Origin: Leucoraja ocellata
Lineage: Eukaryota
Length of the DNA: 64,000 nucleotides
NCBI GenBank assembly: GCA_036785375.1
Contig: JAWMAR010000388.1
Coordinates: 186,001 to 250,000, forward strand
Reading direction: 5' to 3'
Notes under the pieces: model-generated
What the model was told of the DNA's origin: nothing
Databases searched by the model: none
Seen by the model: the letters and a program-made list of their open reading frames with translations, nothing else
Shown here: positions 50,190-62,325 of the stretch, one piece after another
Numbering within the stretch: position 1 is the stretch's first letter
Layout of the letters: every line of letters starts with the position of its first letter
Translations under genes and position numbers: made by a program

Positions 50190-53100
50190 GAAGAGACATT
50201 GAGGGTATGAGTCGGGATTGGCTGGGATAGACGGGCAAATTATACTTAAAGTGTTGATGGTGGAGATGCAATTCCAAATATTTAAGGACTGCATGGATGA
50301 ACTCCAAAATGTGTTCATCCCCGGCTAGAGAAATAAATAATATGGGGAAGGCGGCTCAACGTGACTAACGAGGGAAATCAAGGATAGTGTTAAATCCAAG
50401 GAAGAGGTTATATAAATTGGCCAGAGGATTGGGAGAAATGTAGAACTCAACAGGGGACAAAAAAAGGGTTAATTAAGGCGGGAAAGGAGAGTATGAAAGA
50501 ACGCTTGCATGGAATATCAAAGCTGACTGCAATAGCTTCTTTAGATATGTAAAAAGGAAAAGATCAGTGAAGAAAATATAGGTCATTTACAATCAGAGAC
50601 AGGTGAATTTCTAATGGAAAGCAAGGAAATGGCAGAACAGTTAAACAAGTACTTTGGTTCAGTATTTACTAAGGAAGACACAAACAATCTCCCAGAAATA
50701 CTAGGGGACTGAGGATTTAGTGGGAGGGAGGAACTGAAGGGAACCCACGTTAGCCAGGAAATGGTGTTATGTAAACTGTTGGAACTGAAGGCAGATAAAT
50801 CCACAGGGCCTGATGGTCTGCATCCCAGAGTACTCAAGCAGGTGGCCCTAGAAATTGTGAATGCATTGGTGATCAGCTTCCAATATTCTCCCGACTGGAT
50901 CCATTCCTGTGTACTGGAGGGTAGCCATTGTAACTCCACTTTTTAAGAAAGGAGGGAGAGAGAAAACGGGGAATTATAGACGTTAGCCTGACATCAGTAG
51001 TGGGGAAGATGCTGGAGTCGATTATTAAAGATGTTATAGCAGCGCATTTGGAAAGCAGTGACAGGATTGGTCAAAGTCCACATGGCTTTATGAAGGGAGA
51101 TCATGCTTGACTAATCTTCTGGAATTTTTTGAGGATAAGAGAGAGCCAGTGCATGTGGTGTATCTGGACTTTCAAAAAACCTTTCACAAGGTTCCACGCA
51201 AGAGATTAGTGTGCAAAATTAGATCACATGGTATTGGGGGAAGGGTATTGATATGGATAGAGAACTGGTTGGTAGACAAGAAGCAAAGAGTAGGCATTAA
51301 CTGGTCCTTTTCAGAATGCCAGGCAGTGACAAATGATGTGCGGCAAGGGTCGGTGCTGGGACCCCAGTTATTTACAATATTTATTAACGATTTAGACGAG
51401 GGAATTAAATATGTAATTTCCAAGGTAAGTCTATGGATGAGACAAAGCTGGATGGTGAAATTTTAAGAGTACAGAATCTGTATGTCCCTGTTCGGTTGAA
51501 AGGAAATCGTAAAAATTGTAAAGAGCCATGGTTTTCAAGGGAAATTGGACACTTGGTTCGGAAAAAGAGGGAGATCTACAATAATTATAGGCAGCATGGA
51601 GTAAATGAGGTGCTTGAGGAGTATAAAGAATGTAAAAAGAATCTTAAGAAAGAAATTAGAAAAGCTAAAAGAAGATATGAGGTTGCTTTGGCAAGTAAGG
51701 TAAAAGTAAATCCGAAGGGTTTCTACCGCTATATTAATAGCAAAAGGATAACGAGGGATAAAATTGGTCCATTAGAGAGTCAGAGTGGACAACTATCTGC
51801 AGAGCCAAAAGAGATGGGGGAGATATTGAACAGTTTCTTTTCTTCGGTATTCACCAAGGAGAAGGATATTGAATTATGTGAGGTAAGGGAAACAAGTAGA
51901 CTAGCTATGGAAACTATGAGATTCAAAGAAGAGGAAGTCCTGACACTTTTGAGAAATATAAAAGTAGATAAGTATCCAGGTCCGGACAGGATATTCCCAA
52001 GGACATTGAGGGAAGTTAGTGTAGAAATAGCAGGAGCTATGGCAGAAATATTTCAAGTGTCATTAGAAACGGGAATAGTGCCGGGGGATTGGAGTACTGC
52101 GCATGTTGTTCCATTGTTTAAAAAGGGGTCTAAGAGTAAACCTAGCAATTATAGACCTGTTAGTTTGACGTCAGTGGTGGGCAAATTAATGGAAAGAATA
52201 CTTAGAGATAATATATATAAGCATCTGGATAAACAGGGTCTGATTAGGAACAGTCAACATGGATTTGTGCCTGGAAGGTCTTGTTTAACTAATCTTCTTG
52301 AATTTTTTGAAGATGTTACACGGGAAATTGATGAGGGTAACGCAGTGGATGTTGTGTATATGGACTTCAGTAAGGCCTTTGACAAGGTTCCTCATGGAAG
52401 GTTGGTTAAGAAGGTTCAATGGTTGGGTATTAATGGTGTAGCAAGATGGATTCAACAGTGGCTGAATGGGAGATGCCAGAGAGTAATTGTGGATGGTTGT
52501 TTGTCAGGTTGGAGGCCAGTGACAAGTGGGGTGCCACAGGGATCTGTGTTGGGTCCACTGTTGTTTGTCATGTACATCAATAATCTGGATGATGGTGTGG
52601 TAAATTGGATTAGTAAGTATGCAGATGATACTAAGATAGGTGGGGTTGCGGGTAATGAAGTAGAGTTTCAAAGTCTACAGAGAGATTTATGCCAGTTGGA
52701 AGAGTGGGCTGAAAGATGGCAGATGGAGTTTAATGCTGATAAGTGTGAGGTGCTACATCTTGGCAGGACAAATCAAAATAGGACGTACATGGTAAATGGT
52801 AGGGAATTGAAGAATGTAGGTGAACAGAGGGATCTGGGAATAACTGTGCACAGTTCCCTGAAAGTGGAATCTCATGTAGATAGAGTGGTAAAGAAAGCTT
52901 TTGGTGTGCTGGCCTTTATAAATCAGAGCATTGAGTATAGAAGTTGGGATGTAATGTTAAAATTGTACAAGGCATTGGTGAGGCCAATTCTGGAGTATGG
53001 TGTACAATTTTGGTCGCCTAATTATAGGAAGGATGTCAACAAAATAGAGAGGGTACAGAGGAGATTTACTAGAATGTTGCCTGGGTTTCAGCAACTAAGT

Positions 53101-54352
53101 TACAGAGAAAGGTTGAACAAGTTAAGGCTTTATTCTTTGGAGCGCAGAAGGTTAAGGGGGGACTTGATAGAGGTTTTTAAAATGATGAGAGGGATAGACA
53201 GAGTTGACGTGGAAAAGCTTTTCCCACTGAAAGTAGGGAAGATTCAAACAAGGGGACATGACATGAGAATTAAGGGACTGAAGTTTAGGGGTAACATGAG
53301 GGGGAACTTCTTTACTCAGAGAGTGGTAGCTGTGTGGAATGAGCTTCCAGTGAAGGTGGTGGAGGCAGGTTCGTTTTTATCATTTAAAAATAAATTGGAT
53401 AGTTATATGGATGGGAAGGGAATGGAGGGTTATGGTCTGAGCGCAGGTATATGGGACTAGGGGAGATTATGTGTTCGGCACGGACTAGAAGGGTCGAGAT
53501 GGCCTGTTTCCGTGCTGTAATTGTTATATGGTTTATATTATATGGTTTATATGGCAATGGGGGCTGCGATGAGGATGTTATGAGGCTGCAAGGTGACTTA
53601 AAATAAGACAGATGCATGGCAGATGCAGTATAATGGGGATACATGTGAGGTTATCCACTTTATTGGCAAGAACAGGAAGGTAGTTTATTATCTGAATGCT
53701 GTCAGATTTGGAAAAGGGGAGGTGCAACGAGACCTAGGTGTGTTTGTACATCAGTCACTGAATAAGCATGCAGGTACAGCAGGCAGTGAAGAAAGCGAAT
53801 GGCATGTTGGCCTTCATTGTGAGAGGATTTGAGTTTCGGAGCAAGGAGGTCCTTCTGGCAGTTGTACAGGGCCCAGGTGAGACCACACCTGGAGTATTGT
53901 GTGCAATTTTGGTCTCCAAATTTCAGGAAGGACATTATTGCTATTGAGGGAGTGCAGCATAGGTTCACCAGGATAATTCCCGGGATGGCGGGACTGAGAG
54001 GCTAGATGCAGGAACAATGTTCCCGACGTTGGGGGAGTCCAGAACCAGGGGTCACAGTTTAAGAATAAGGGATAGGCCATGTAGGACTGAAATGAGGATT
54101 AAAAAATTCACCCAGAGAGTTATGAATCTGTGGAAATCTTTGCCACAGAAGGCAGCGGAGGCCAATTCACTGGATCTTTTCAAGACGGAGTTAGATTTAG
54201 CTCTTAGGACATGGAATCAAGGGATATGGGGAAACAGAAGGAATGGGGTACTGAATTTAAATGATCAGCCATGATTATGTTGAATGGTCCCTGTTCGAAG
54301 GGCCAAATGACCTACTCCTGCACATATTTTTCTATGTTTCCTCTATGTTTCT
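50190..54352 (+). mobile_element. Old CR1 (~50190-51452 and ~53557-54352) interrupted by a younger CR1
   Basis: Degraded RT before 51452; resumes GGGGGCTGCGATGAGGATG at ~53560. Confidence 0.8.
51455..53550 (+). mobile_element. Young 5'-truncated CR1 with an open ORF2 remainder (ORF 51433-53460); same subfamily as 39830-42932
   Basis: Uninterrupted ~665 codons with YADD; near-identical to 41357-42932. Confidence 0.93.
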
Positions 54353-54458
54353 AACACATGACGCGTCAAGTATCAAGAATGTATAATTTTCATAAGTGCC
54401 GAGAGTGGTACAAATAAATTCTTACTTGGGCCTGGACGTACATGGCAGTGGATCGTGC

Positions 54459-54879
54459 NNNNNNNNNNNNNNNNNNNNNNNNNNNNNNNNNNNNNNNNNN
54501 NNNNNNNNNNNNNNNNNNNNNNNNNNNNNNNNNNNNNNNNNNNNNNNNNNNNNNNNNNNNNNNNNNNNNNNNNNNNNNNNNNNNNNNNNNNNNNNNNNNN
54601 NNNNNNNNNNNNNNNNNNNNNNNNNNNNNNNNNNNNNNNNNNNNNNNNNNNNNNNNNNNNNNNNNNNNNNNNNNNNNNNNNNNNNNNNNNNNNNNNNNNN
54701 NNNNNNNNNNNNNNNNNNNNNNNNNNNNNNNNNNNNNNNNNNNNNNNNNNNNNNNNNNNNNNNNNNNNNNNNNNNNNNNNNNNNNNNNNNNNNNNNNNNN
54801 NNNNNNNNNNNNNNNNNNNNNNNNNNNNNNNNNNNNNNNNNNNNNNNNNNNNNNNNNNNNNNNNNNNNNNNNNNNNNNN
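54459..54879. other. Assembly gap (N run)
   Basis: Run of n. Confidence 1.
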
Positions 54880-55497
54880 ACAGTGGAGGTGTGGAAAGCA
54901 CTCGATTCCTCCATTGACCTCGCTTGCTTAGACATTTCTTCAAGTGGAGATTCAAGTGGACAGCAAAATATTCTGGTGAACCTGTAATATAAATGCACCA
55001 TTTTATTTGAACAAGATATGATAAAATAGACTCCCTCGGAGAATCCAGTTGATTCGCGCCAACTGCCAATATTGTTAAAACATATAATCGCAGTCGAGAA
55101 TGATATCTTCATTGCCTTGTTTGTGTTGATCTAAAAATGGCTGGAAACAGAGATGAGCTGATTTAAATAAACAGTGATTTCAACAGCCCCAGACCCAGGT
55201 TCGTTTACTGAAGGACAGAAACAGAAGCAATGTTTCCCCAGAGGCGGAAAACAGATAAAGTGAGAAAGAAATGCAAATCTCTGAACAGATTACACCAGAG
55301 ACATTTATTTTAAATTGTCAATGTTCTCTCCTGTAAAAATAAAGTTGAAGTGCATATGGATGATGTTAGTCAATAATATATCTACAAAGCTAGGTTTACT
55401 GAGAACATGTATCATATCTCTTTATTTACCAACAATGGCTGGGATTAATAACATTCTCTGCATACATATGAATGCCACACGTGACAAATTCACAGAT

Positions 55498-57667
55498 GCA
55501 AGTCAAGTCAAGTCAAGTCAAGTTTATTTGTCACATACACATACGAGATGTGCAGTGAAATGAAAGTGGCAATGCTCGCGGACTTTTATGCAAAAGACAG
55601 ACAACAAAACAACCAAACAAATTATAAACACAATCATAACACACATATTCTTTTACATAATAAATAATGGAAGGAAAAACGTTCTGTAGAGTTAGTCCCT
55701 GGTGAGATAGGCGTTTACAGTCCGAATTGCCTCTGGGAAGAAACTCCTTCTCAACCTCTCCGTTCTCACCGCATGGCAACGGAGGCGTTTGCCTGACCGT
55801 AGCAGCTGGAACAGTCCGTTGCAGGGGTGGAAGGGGTCTCCCATGATTTTATTTGCTCTGGAGTTGCACCTCCTGTTGTATAGTTCCTGCAGGGGGGCGA
55901 GTGAAGTTCCCATAGTGCGTTCGGCCGAACGCACTGCTCTCTGCAGAGCCTTCTTGTCCTTGGCAGAGCAATTCCCAAACCAGATGGTAATGTTCCCGCA
56001 CAAGATGCTTTCCACCGCCGCTGCATAGAAGCACTGGAGGATCCTCGGAGACACTCTGAATTTCCTCAATTGCCTGAGGTGGTAAAGGCGCTGCCTTGCC
56101 TTACTCACGAGTGCTGAGGCGTGTGATGCCCATGTCATATCCTCGGAGATGTGGACTCCCAGATATTTAAAACAGTTCACCCTATCCACAGGATCCCCAT
56201 TTATCCTCAATGGAGTGTACGTCCTCGGATGATGTGCCCTCCTAAAGTCCATGATCAGCTCCTTCGTTTTTTTGATGTTCAAGAGGAGGCTGTTATCCTG
56301 GCATCAGAGTGCTAGATCAGCCACCTTCTCGTCGTTGTCTGAGATCAGGCCCACCACCACAGTGTCATCAGCAAACTTAATTATTGAATTGGAGCTGAAC
56401 CTAGCCACACAGTCATGTGTGTACAGGGAGTACAATAGGGGGCTGAGGACGCAACCCTGGGGCGATCCTGTGCTCAGGGTGAGGGACTCCGATGTATTCC
56501 CTCCCATCTTGACTACCTGGGGCCTGGCGGTGAGAAAGTCCAGGACCCAGGCACACAGGGAGGTGTTGAACCCCAATTCCATTAGCATCCCGGCCAGTCT
56601 GGTGGGGACTATCGTGTTGAAGGCTGAACTGTAGTCTATGAACAGCATCCTCACGTAGCCCCCCTTCTGGCTGTCCAGATGGGAGAGAGCGGTGTGCAAG
56701 ACCTGGGAGACCGCATCGTCCGTGGACCTGTTCGGACGGTATGCAAACTGCAACGGGTCCATGTTCCGAGGGAGGAAGGCGCAGATGTGATTCTTCACCA
56801 GCCTCTCAAAGCATTTCATGACTACCGAGGTAAGGGCCACCGGACGGTAGTCATTCAGGCAGGCTGGGGAGGCATTTTTTGGTACCGGTACAATGATGGA
56901 TTTTTTGAAGCAGTCAGGGACCACGGACTTGTCCAGGGAGAGGTTGAATAATGTAGTGAGCACTGGAGCTAGCTACGTAGCACAGGACTTGAGTACTCGC
57001 CCCGAGATGCCATCGGGGCCTGCAGCTTTTCTCGTGTTCACCCGTGTCAGAGCCCTCCTCACGTCATGCTCGGACTGCGAGAATGTGTGCACATTCCTCC
57101 CTTCAGCCTCGTTAGCCAGCCCGCTGGCGGTATTGTCGATAGTCGGCAGACCTGGAGTGGTGTTGCCCCTCTCGAAACGAGTGTAGAAGGAGTTCAGGTC
57201 GTCAGCTAGGGAGGTGCCGGCACATGCGGATGAGGGAGCGGTGCTTCGGTAGTTGGTTACAATCCGTAACCCCTGCCACAGGCTTCTGGTGTCCTGCTGC
57301 TCCATCTGTAACTCCATCTTGTCCCTGTACCTTCTCTTTGCGTCCTTCACCGCCCTTCGCAGTCGGTAGGACTCTGCCTTGTAGACGTCCATGTTTCCTG
57401 ATGTCAGGCCCGAGTTGTAGGCAGCAGAGCGAGCATTCAGGGCCACACGAACAGATCTGTCTACCCAGGGTTTTTGGTTCGGAAAGGTGCTTACCCTTAC
57501 CGTGGGGACGATGTTGTCGGTTACTGTTGCGATGAAGTCCGTGACTGCTTCCGCGAACTCACTGACGTCACTGGAACTTGCTTCGAACATATTCCAGTCG
57601 ACATCACTCAGTGCATCTTGCAGCATGGCCTCTGACTGGTCGGACCACCGCTTTACGTCCCTCGTCT
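55498..57667 (-). mobile_element. 5'-truncated Rex1/Babar LINE
   Basis: ORFs 56973-57626, 56304-56963 (FADD) and 55692-56282; (TTGAC)n tail. Confidence 0.92.
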
Positions 57668-58110
57668 CATAGTGCAGTTATGGCAATTTGATTCACCCAA
57701 TCTATATGTAGATTGAAGTCACCCATTATAACTGTTTTACCTTTGTTGCAGGCATTTCTAATTTCCTGTCTGATGCCATCCCCAACTCCACTACTACTGT
57801 TAGGTGGCCTGTACACAACTCCCACTAGCGTTTTCTGCCCCTTAGTGTTTCGCAGCTCTACCCATATAATTCCACATCCTCCCAGCAAATGTCCTTCCTT
57901 TCTATTGCATTAATCTCCTCTCTAACCAGCAACGCTACCCCGCCTCCTTTTCCTTTCTGTCTATCCCTCCTGAATATTGAATATCCCTGGATGTTCAGCT
58001 CCCAGCCTTGGTCACCCTGGAGCCATGTCTCTGTGATCCCAACTATATCATAGTCATTAATAGCTATCCGCACATTCAACTCATCCACCTTATTACGAAT
58101 GCTCCTTGCT
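57668..58110 (-). mobile_element. CR1 endonuclease-domain fragment
   Basis: GITETWL…GGGVALL; VYRPP…MGDFN. Confidence 0.85.
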
Positions 58111-58189
58111 GATACAGATGCACAAGAGGTTAATAAAACAGCGTGCTTTTCCGCCCCTTACACAATATAAGCAAAATATAAGCAATATA

Positions 58190-58815
58190 TAGCAAAAGGA
58201 ATTGAGTATAGGAGCAGGGAGGTTCTACTTCAGTTGTACAGGGTCTTGCTGAGACCACACCTGGAGTATTGCGTACAGTTTTGGTCTCCTAATCTGAGGA
58301 AAGACATTCTTGCCATAGAGGGAATACAGAGAAGGTTCACCAGACTGATTCCTGGGATGTCAGGACTCATATGAAGAAAGACTGGATAGACTTGGCTTGT
58401 ACTCGCTAGAATTTAGAAGATTGAGCGGGGATCTTATAGAAAATTACAAGATTCTTAAGGGGTTGGACAAGCTAGATGCAGGAAGATTGTTCCCGATGTT
58501 GGGGAAGTTCCGAACAAGTGGTCACAGTTTAAGGATAAGGGGGAACTCTTAGGACTGAGATGAGGAAAACCTTTTTCACACAGAGAGTGGTCAATCTCTG
58601 GAATTCTCTGCCACAGAAGGTAGTTGACGCCAGTTCATTGGCTATATTTAAGAGGGAGTTAGATGTGGTCCTTATGGCTAAATGTATCAGGGGATATGGA
58701 GAGAAGGCAGGTACAGGATACCGAGTTGGATGATCAGCCATGATCATATTGAATGGCGGTGCAGGCTCGAAGGGCCGAATGGCCTACTCCTGCACCTATT
58801 CTCTATGTTTCTATG
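58190..58815 (+). mobile_element. CR1 3' fragment ending ~210 bp upstream of the IgH ATG
   Basis: Matches 17090-17729; TTCTATG tail. Confidence 0.9.
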
Positions 58816-59024
58816 TGTCTAATAGATGCGATAGCGTGAGTCCATGTTGCTGTTGAGTTGGGAGCCGTGTTTCAGCTCCGCCCGCTGCACCACTCGGTTT
58901 ACAAGTCCCGCCCACTTTTGCCGGGTATTTAATTCTCTCTAAGAGGGGCCGAAATCCAACTTCCTTGCAGTTGGTTTGTTGCGAGGTTCTGTACAGAAAC
59001 AACAGGGTCACACTTCCCAGCGGG
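58816..59024 (+). promoter_or_regulatory. Putative IgH V promoter / 5' UTR
   Basis: Two CCGCCC boxes (~58878, ~58907), TATA-like TATTTAA at 58926-58932 and an Ets-like ACTTCC. No octamer. Assigned by position only. Confidence 0.5.
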
Positions 59025-59070
59025 ATGATGTCGGCGGTTTCACTGAGTTTGTTCCTGGCGTTAATTGTCC
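59025..59070 (+). CDS. IGHV: IgH leader (signal peptide) exon, MMSAVSLSLFLALIV
   Basis: Hydrophobic 15 codons plus 1 nt, then a GTGAGT donor. A 173-bp intron leads to TTGCAG at 59243. Spliced product is …[13 protein letters not shown]. Confidence 0.88.
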
Positions 59071-59243
59071 GTGAGTGATGTTGGACAAATTCCCCACGCA
59101 AGTTTCCCAGTGGTGTATCCACTACACCATTCCCCTTCTACCCACTCTAGAACCGTCCCAATTATTTCCTCTTGATAATTAGAGTCGGGGATCAATGGTC
59201 AATATTTTATCCTCGCCATTCATGCCTTGTTTTTAACTTGCAG

Positions 59244-59569
59244 GTGTCCATTCCGATATCGTTCTAACCCAGCCCAAGACAGAGACGGCCACTCCTGGAG
59301 GCTCCATCACACTGACCTGTAAAGTTAACGGGTTCAGTGTTGGCAGCAGCTGGATGACTTTGGTCCGTCAGGTCCCCGGGCAGGGGCTGGAGTGGCTGCT
59401 TACCTACTACGGTTCTACTTACACCAAGTACTTCCCTCCGGGGATAGAGAGCCGATTTACTCCGTCCAAAGACTATACGAATAATATCTTCATCGTGACG
59501 GCCAACAGCCTGAAGATCGAAGACACGGCTGTCTATTACTGTGCGAGGGCCCAATGGAACTATATTGTA
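59244..59569 (+). CDS. IGHV: IgH variable exon (IgM-like VH) with a germline-fused D-like extension
   Basis: Open frame [108 protein letters not shown]. Both conserved Cys are present. Isotype is inferred from the leader and framework only. Confidence 0.93.
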
Positions 59570-59597
59570 CACAGCGGTTCCTACCAATACAAAAACA
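59570..59597 (+). promoter_or_regulatory. 12-RSS (CACAGCG-12 bp-ACAAAAACA)
   Basis: Heptamer 59570-59576, spacer GTTCCTACCAAT, nonamer 59589-59597. Confidence 0.9.
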
Positions 59598-59924
59598 TCC
59601 ACAACCCATAATACGGTGGTCTGGGCCAGTATATGATATTTTGAATTCAATATTTCATACAACAAGAGCATAAACATGTCCAGGAATATTTTCGCACATT
59701 TTGTTGTATAGGTAACTTGAAGTAATTTGTATTTTATATGTAGATAATTCTTATCACATTTCACTGCCCTGTTTAATACACGGAGCCGTGGTGTCTGATT
59801 ATTGTTGGAAATGATTTATTTAACGCATTCATTGTTTTCAAAGAGCAATAAGTCATTCGCTTTCGATGTGAAATACGAATAATTACAGGAATTTTTTTTT
59901 TTTTTGCCTACCTTGTGCAGATCA

Positions 59925-59963
59925 TGTTATTGTGCGAGGAAGCCCATAGAATGTAACACTGTG
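59925..59963 (-). promoter_or_regulatory. 23-RSS of JH (TGTTATTGT-23 bp-CACTGTG)
   Basis: Perfect heptamer at 59957-59963. The nonamer has 2 mismatches to GGTTTTTGT. The spacer is exactly 23 nt. Confidence 0.85.
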
Positions 59964-60013
59964 TTACTATCTTGACGACTGGGGAGGAGGCACCATGTTG
60001 ACGGTAACCAACG
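59964..60013 (+). CDS. IGHJ: IgH joining segment, YYLDDWGGGTMLTVTN
   Basis: WGxGT motif and phase-1 donor G|GTAAG at 60014. Confidence 0.92.
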
Positions 60014-61767
60014 GTAAGAAACTTCATCCTATTCAGTATCTAGATGCATCCAGTTGTTATTTTACTCGATATTTCCAATAATTATATTAAATTGTTCCTC
60101 TACATTAATTACCCATTCATTGCAATGTTGGATCGATGTTGCTTTAAAATGTTATGTGATTCCGCTGCAAGATTCACGATTTAAACTTGCCTTGTGTGCT
60201 ATGACTTTCGATCCTATGACTATGAAACGGATTCGGTTTAAGTTCCTAATTACTGGGAAAATGAGCATCAATTTGCTTTCACTAGGCTTTCTAATTGTTT
60301 GAGATTGTTGTGGTCCTTGATCTGCGATGCATCGAACTGTATTTTCTGATCAACAGCAGGTACTTTGTCTCAGTGTGTTTCTTCTCAGCGCATATGAAAC
60401 AAACGACACAAACGGATAAATCCTGGGTGTAAAATGTTCAAGTTTTTAAGGTGTATGTATTAATTGGTGAATCACCTTGCCAACTTTAATCCAATCGCTA
60501 ACAAAACTTACATGGAAGAAGTAAAATGTTCTTGCAGCAAAACACAGACAGCAAGGTTCAGCGTCAGTTATATATCTTGAAGTACAATGAATAGGGAGGA
60601 ACTGTGGATGCTGATTTATGTTGCCGATGGACACAAAGCTGGAGTAACTCTGCTTCTCCCGCTGAGAGGAACTAGCGTGACGGAGGAACTGAATGTAATT
60701 CACATTATATGGAAATGTTATCTATGTAATCCACGTGTATTGTGTTATTCCTCGTTATTTCAACAATGATTGGCTCGGTGGTCAATGGAACAATGAATTT
60801 CGGTGGTCTTTGGACAGAGATATTTGGATTTTTGTGAAGAGTTTCAGCAAATTTGTGTTAAGCGATTGATCCCATCGGCGGTATGATTCAGCCGGTCATT
60901 GTGGGAGACGATATTTGGTGCGCAATTGGACGTGTTTGTACGTTCCATTCGATTGGCAGCGACCGGGTATTACTGTTGTATGAAGTGTCCGATTCGGTTA
61001 TTTCAATAAACGCAAAGAAGATATATGTTTAAAAATAAAAATAACAAGAAATTACTAGAAATCATAAATAGGAAGAGTAAATGTTGCAAACACCTAGAGG
61101 GTCACGCAGCCTGTGGCGAAAGACACATCCCATAGAGGGGAGCCGAATGACAGCTGGTAGCGCCAGAGACACGACTTCGTTCCCGAAATCAGGTGCAGAC
61201 TAAGAACTGTGCGTTCTCCCTGTGGTTTGTTACTGGTTCTCTGCTTTCCTCCCACAACCCAAAAGAGTGCAGGTTTGCAGGTTAATTGACCCGGGTGATT
61301 GACCCGGGTGGGTCGGGGTGCGATAACGTGGAACTTGTGTGTCGCCGTGGATTTGGTTGGCAGAAGGATCTATTTCTATGCTATATCTCTAATCAAAACT
61401 GAATTCGCCACGGTTTATTCTCCCAACGATAGTCGACCTGGCAAATGCTTGCTTTCCTCTTTCCACAAATGCTGCCTAACCCAATGACCCATTTCTCTGT
61501 TTTATGTCAAAGATCACGAGTTTTCCCATTTGGAAAATGCGTTGAATGTAAAACGGGGAGATGCAGTTCTTGAATAATTTGTAATCCGTGGATTTATTAG
61601 AAAGCGAATTTGAATTCGTGTTTGTCTATGGATCCAAATGTCATTTAAACACAATGTTCCTCCACTGAATTGCTAATGAAAAATGTCCGTTTTACGAATA
61701 GTTGCGGTAAAAAAAATGAGAAATTGGGAAAAATGGAATTATGGAAATGGAACTTTCTCTGCTAATT

Positions 61768-61897
61768 TAGACAATAGGTGCAGGAGTAGAGGCCATTCGG
61801 TCCTTCGAGCTAACACCGCCATTTAATGTGATGGCTGATCTTCCCCAATCAGTCCCCTTTCCTGCCTTCTCCCCATATCCCCTGACTGCGCTATCTT
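61768..61897 (-). mobile_element. Short CR1 3'-end fragment in the J-C intron
   Basis: GACAATAGGTGCAGGAGTAG…CCATATCCCCTGACT. Confidence 0.8.
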
Positions 61898-62190
61898 AAT
61901 TTTAATTACAAAACAGGGTATCCCATTAATCATTGAACAGAGTGCGAATTGAAATCCATGGCTTAAAGGAGGGTTTGAGTGGCGTTCAAATTTACATTTG
62001 CATTTATTTAATTAAGACATTGATTTAGCAACATTGTGCATTTTCACTATTCTAAGTAAACTTCCTCTATATGAATGAAATCCTTTTCCTGTTAAAGTCA
62101 CGAAGCAAACTCAGATATGTTTTAATAGATTGCAGGTTATAATTTATAATTGGTATTTTTTATATTCGTTTCCTATCGGACAGCGATACA

Positions 62191-62325
62191 CACCCGTCTG
62201 AAGAAGGGTTTCGGCCCGAAACGTTGCCCTTTTCCTTCGCTCCGTAAATGTTGCTGCACCCGCTGAGTTTCTCCAGCTTTTTTGTGTACCTTCGATTTTC
62301 CAGCATCTGCAGTTCCTTCTTGAAC
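62191..62325 (+). mobile_element. ~135-bp Penelope-pLTR-derived mini-element with a hammerhead-like core
   Basis: CTGAAGA-A-GGGT(TTCG)GCCC-GAAAC at 62198-62222. TSD ACAG[C/T]GATACA at 62180-62190 and 62326-62336. Confidence 0.75.

Noticed and set aside
54390-55112. Long ORFs spanning 54459-54879 (and 1725-1992)
   Set aside because: Artefacts of translating N runs.
55271-55278. ATGCAAAT octamer as a VH promoter element (another at 3569-3576)
   Set aside because: It is 3.7 kb from the ATG, and a few octamers are expected by chance in 64 kb.
59264-59764. 166-aa minus-strand ORF
   Set aside because: It is the antisense shadow of the VH exon.
59598-59924. A free D segment between the V and JH
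   Set aside because: No pair of facing heptamers with correctly spaced nonamers was found.
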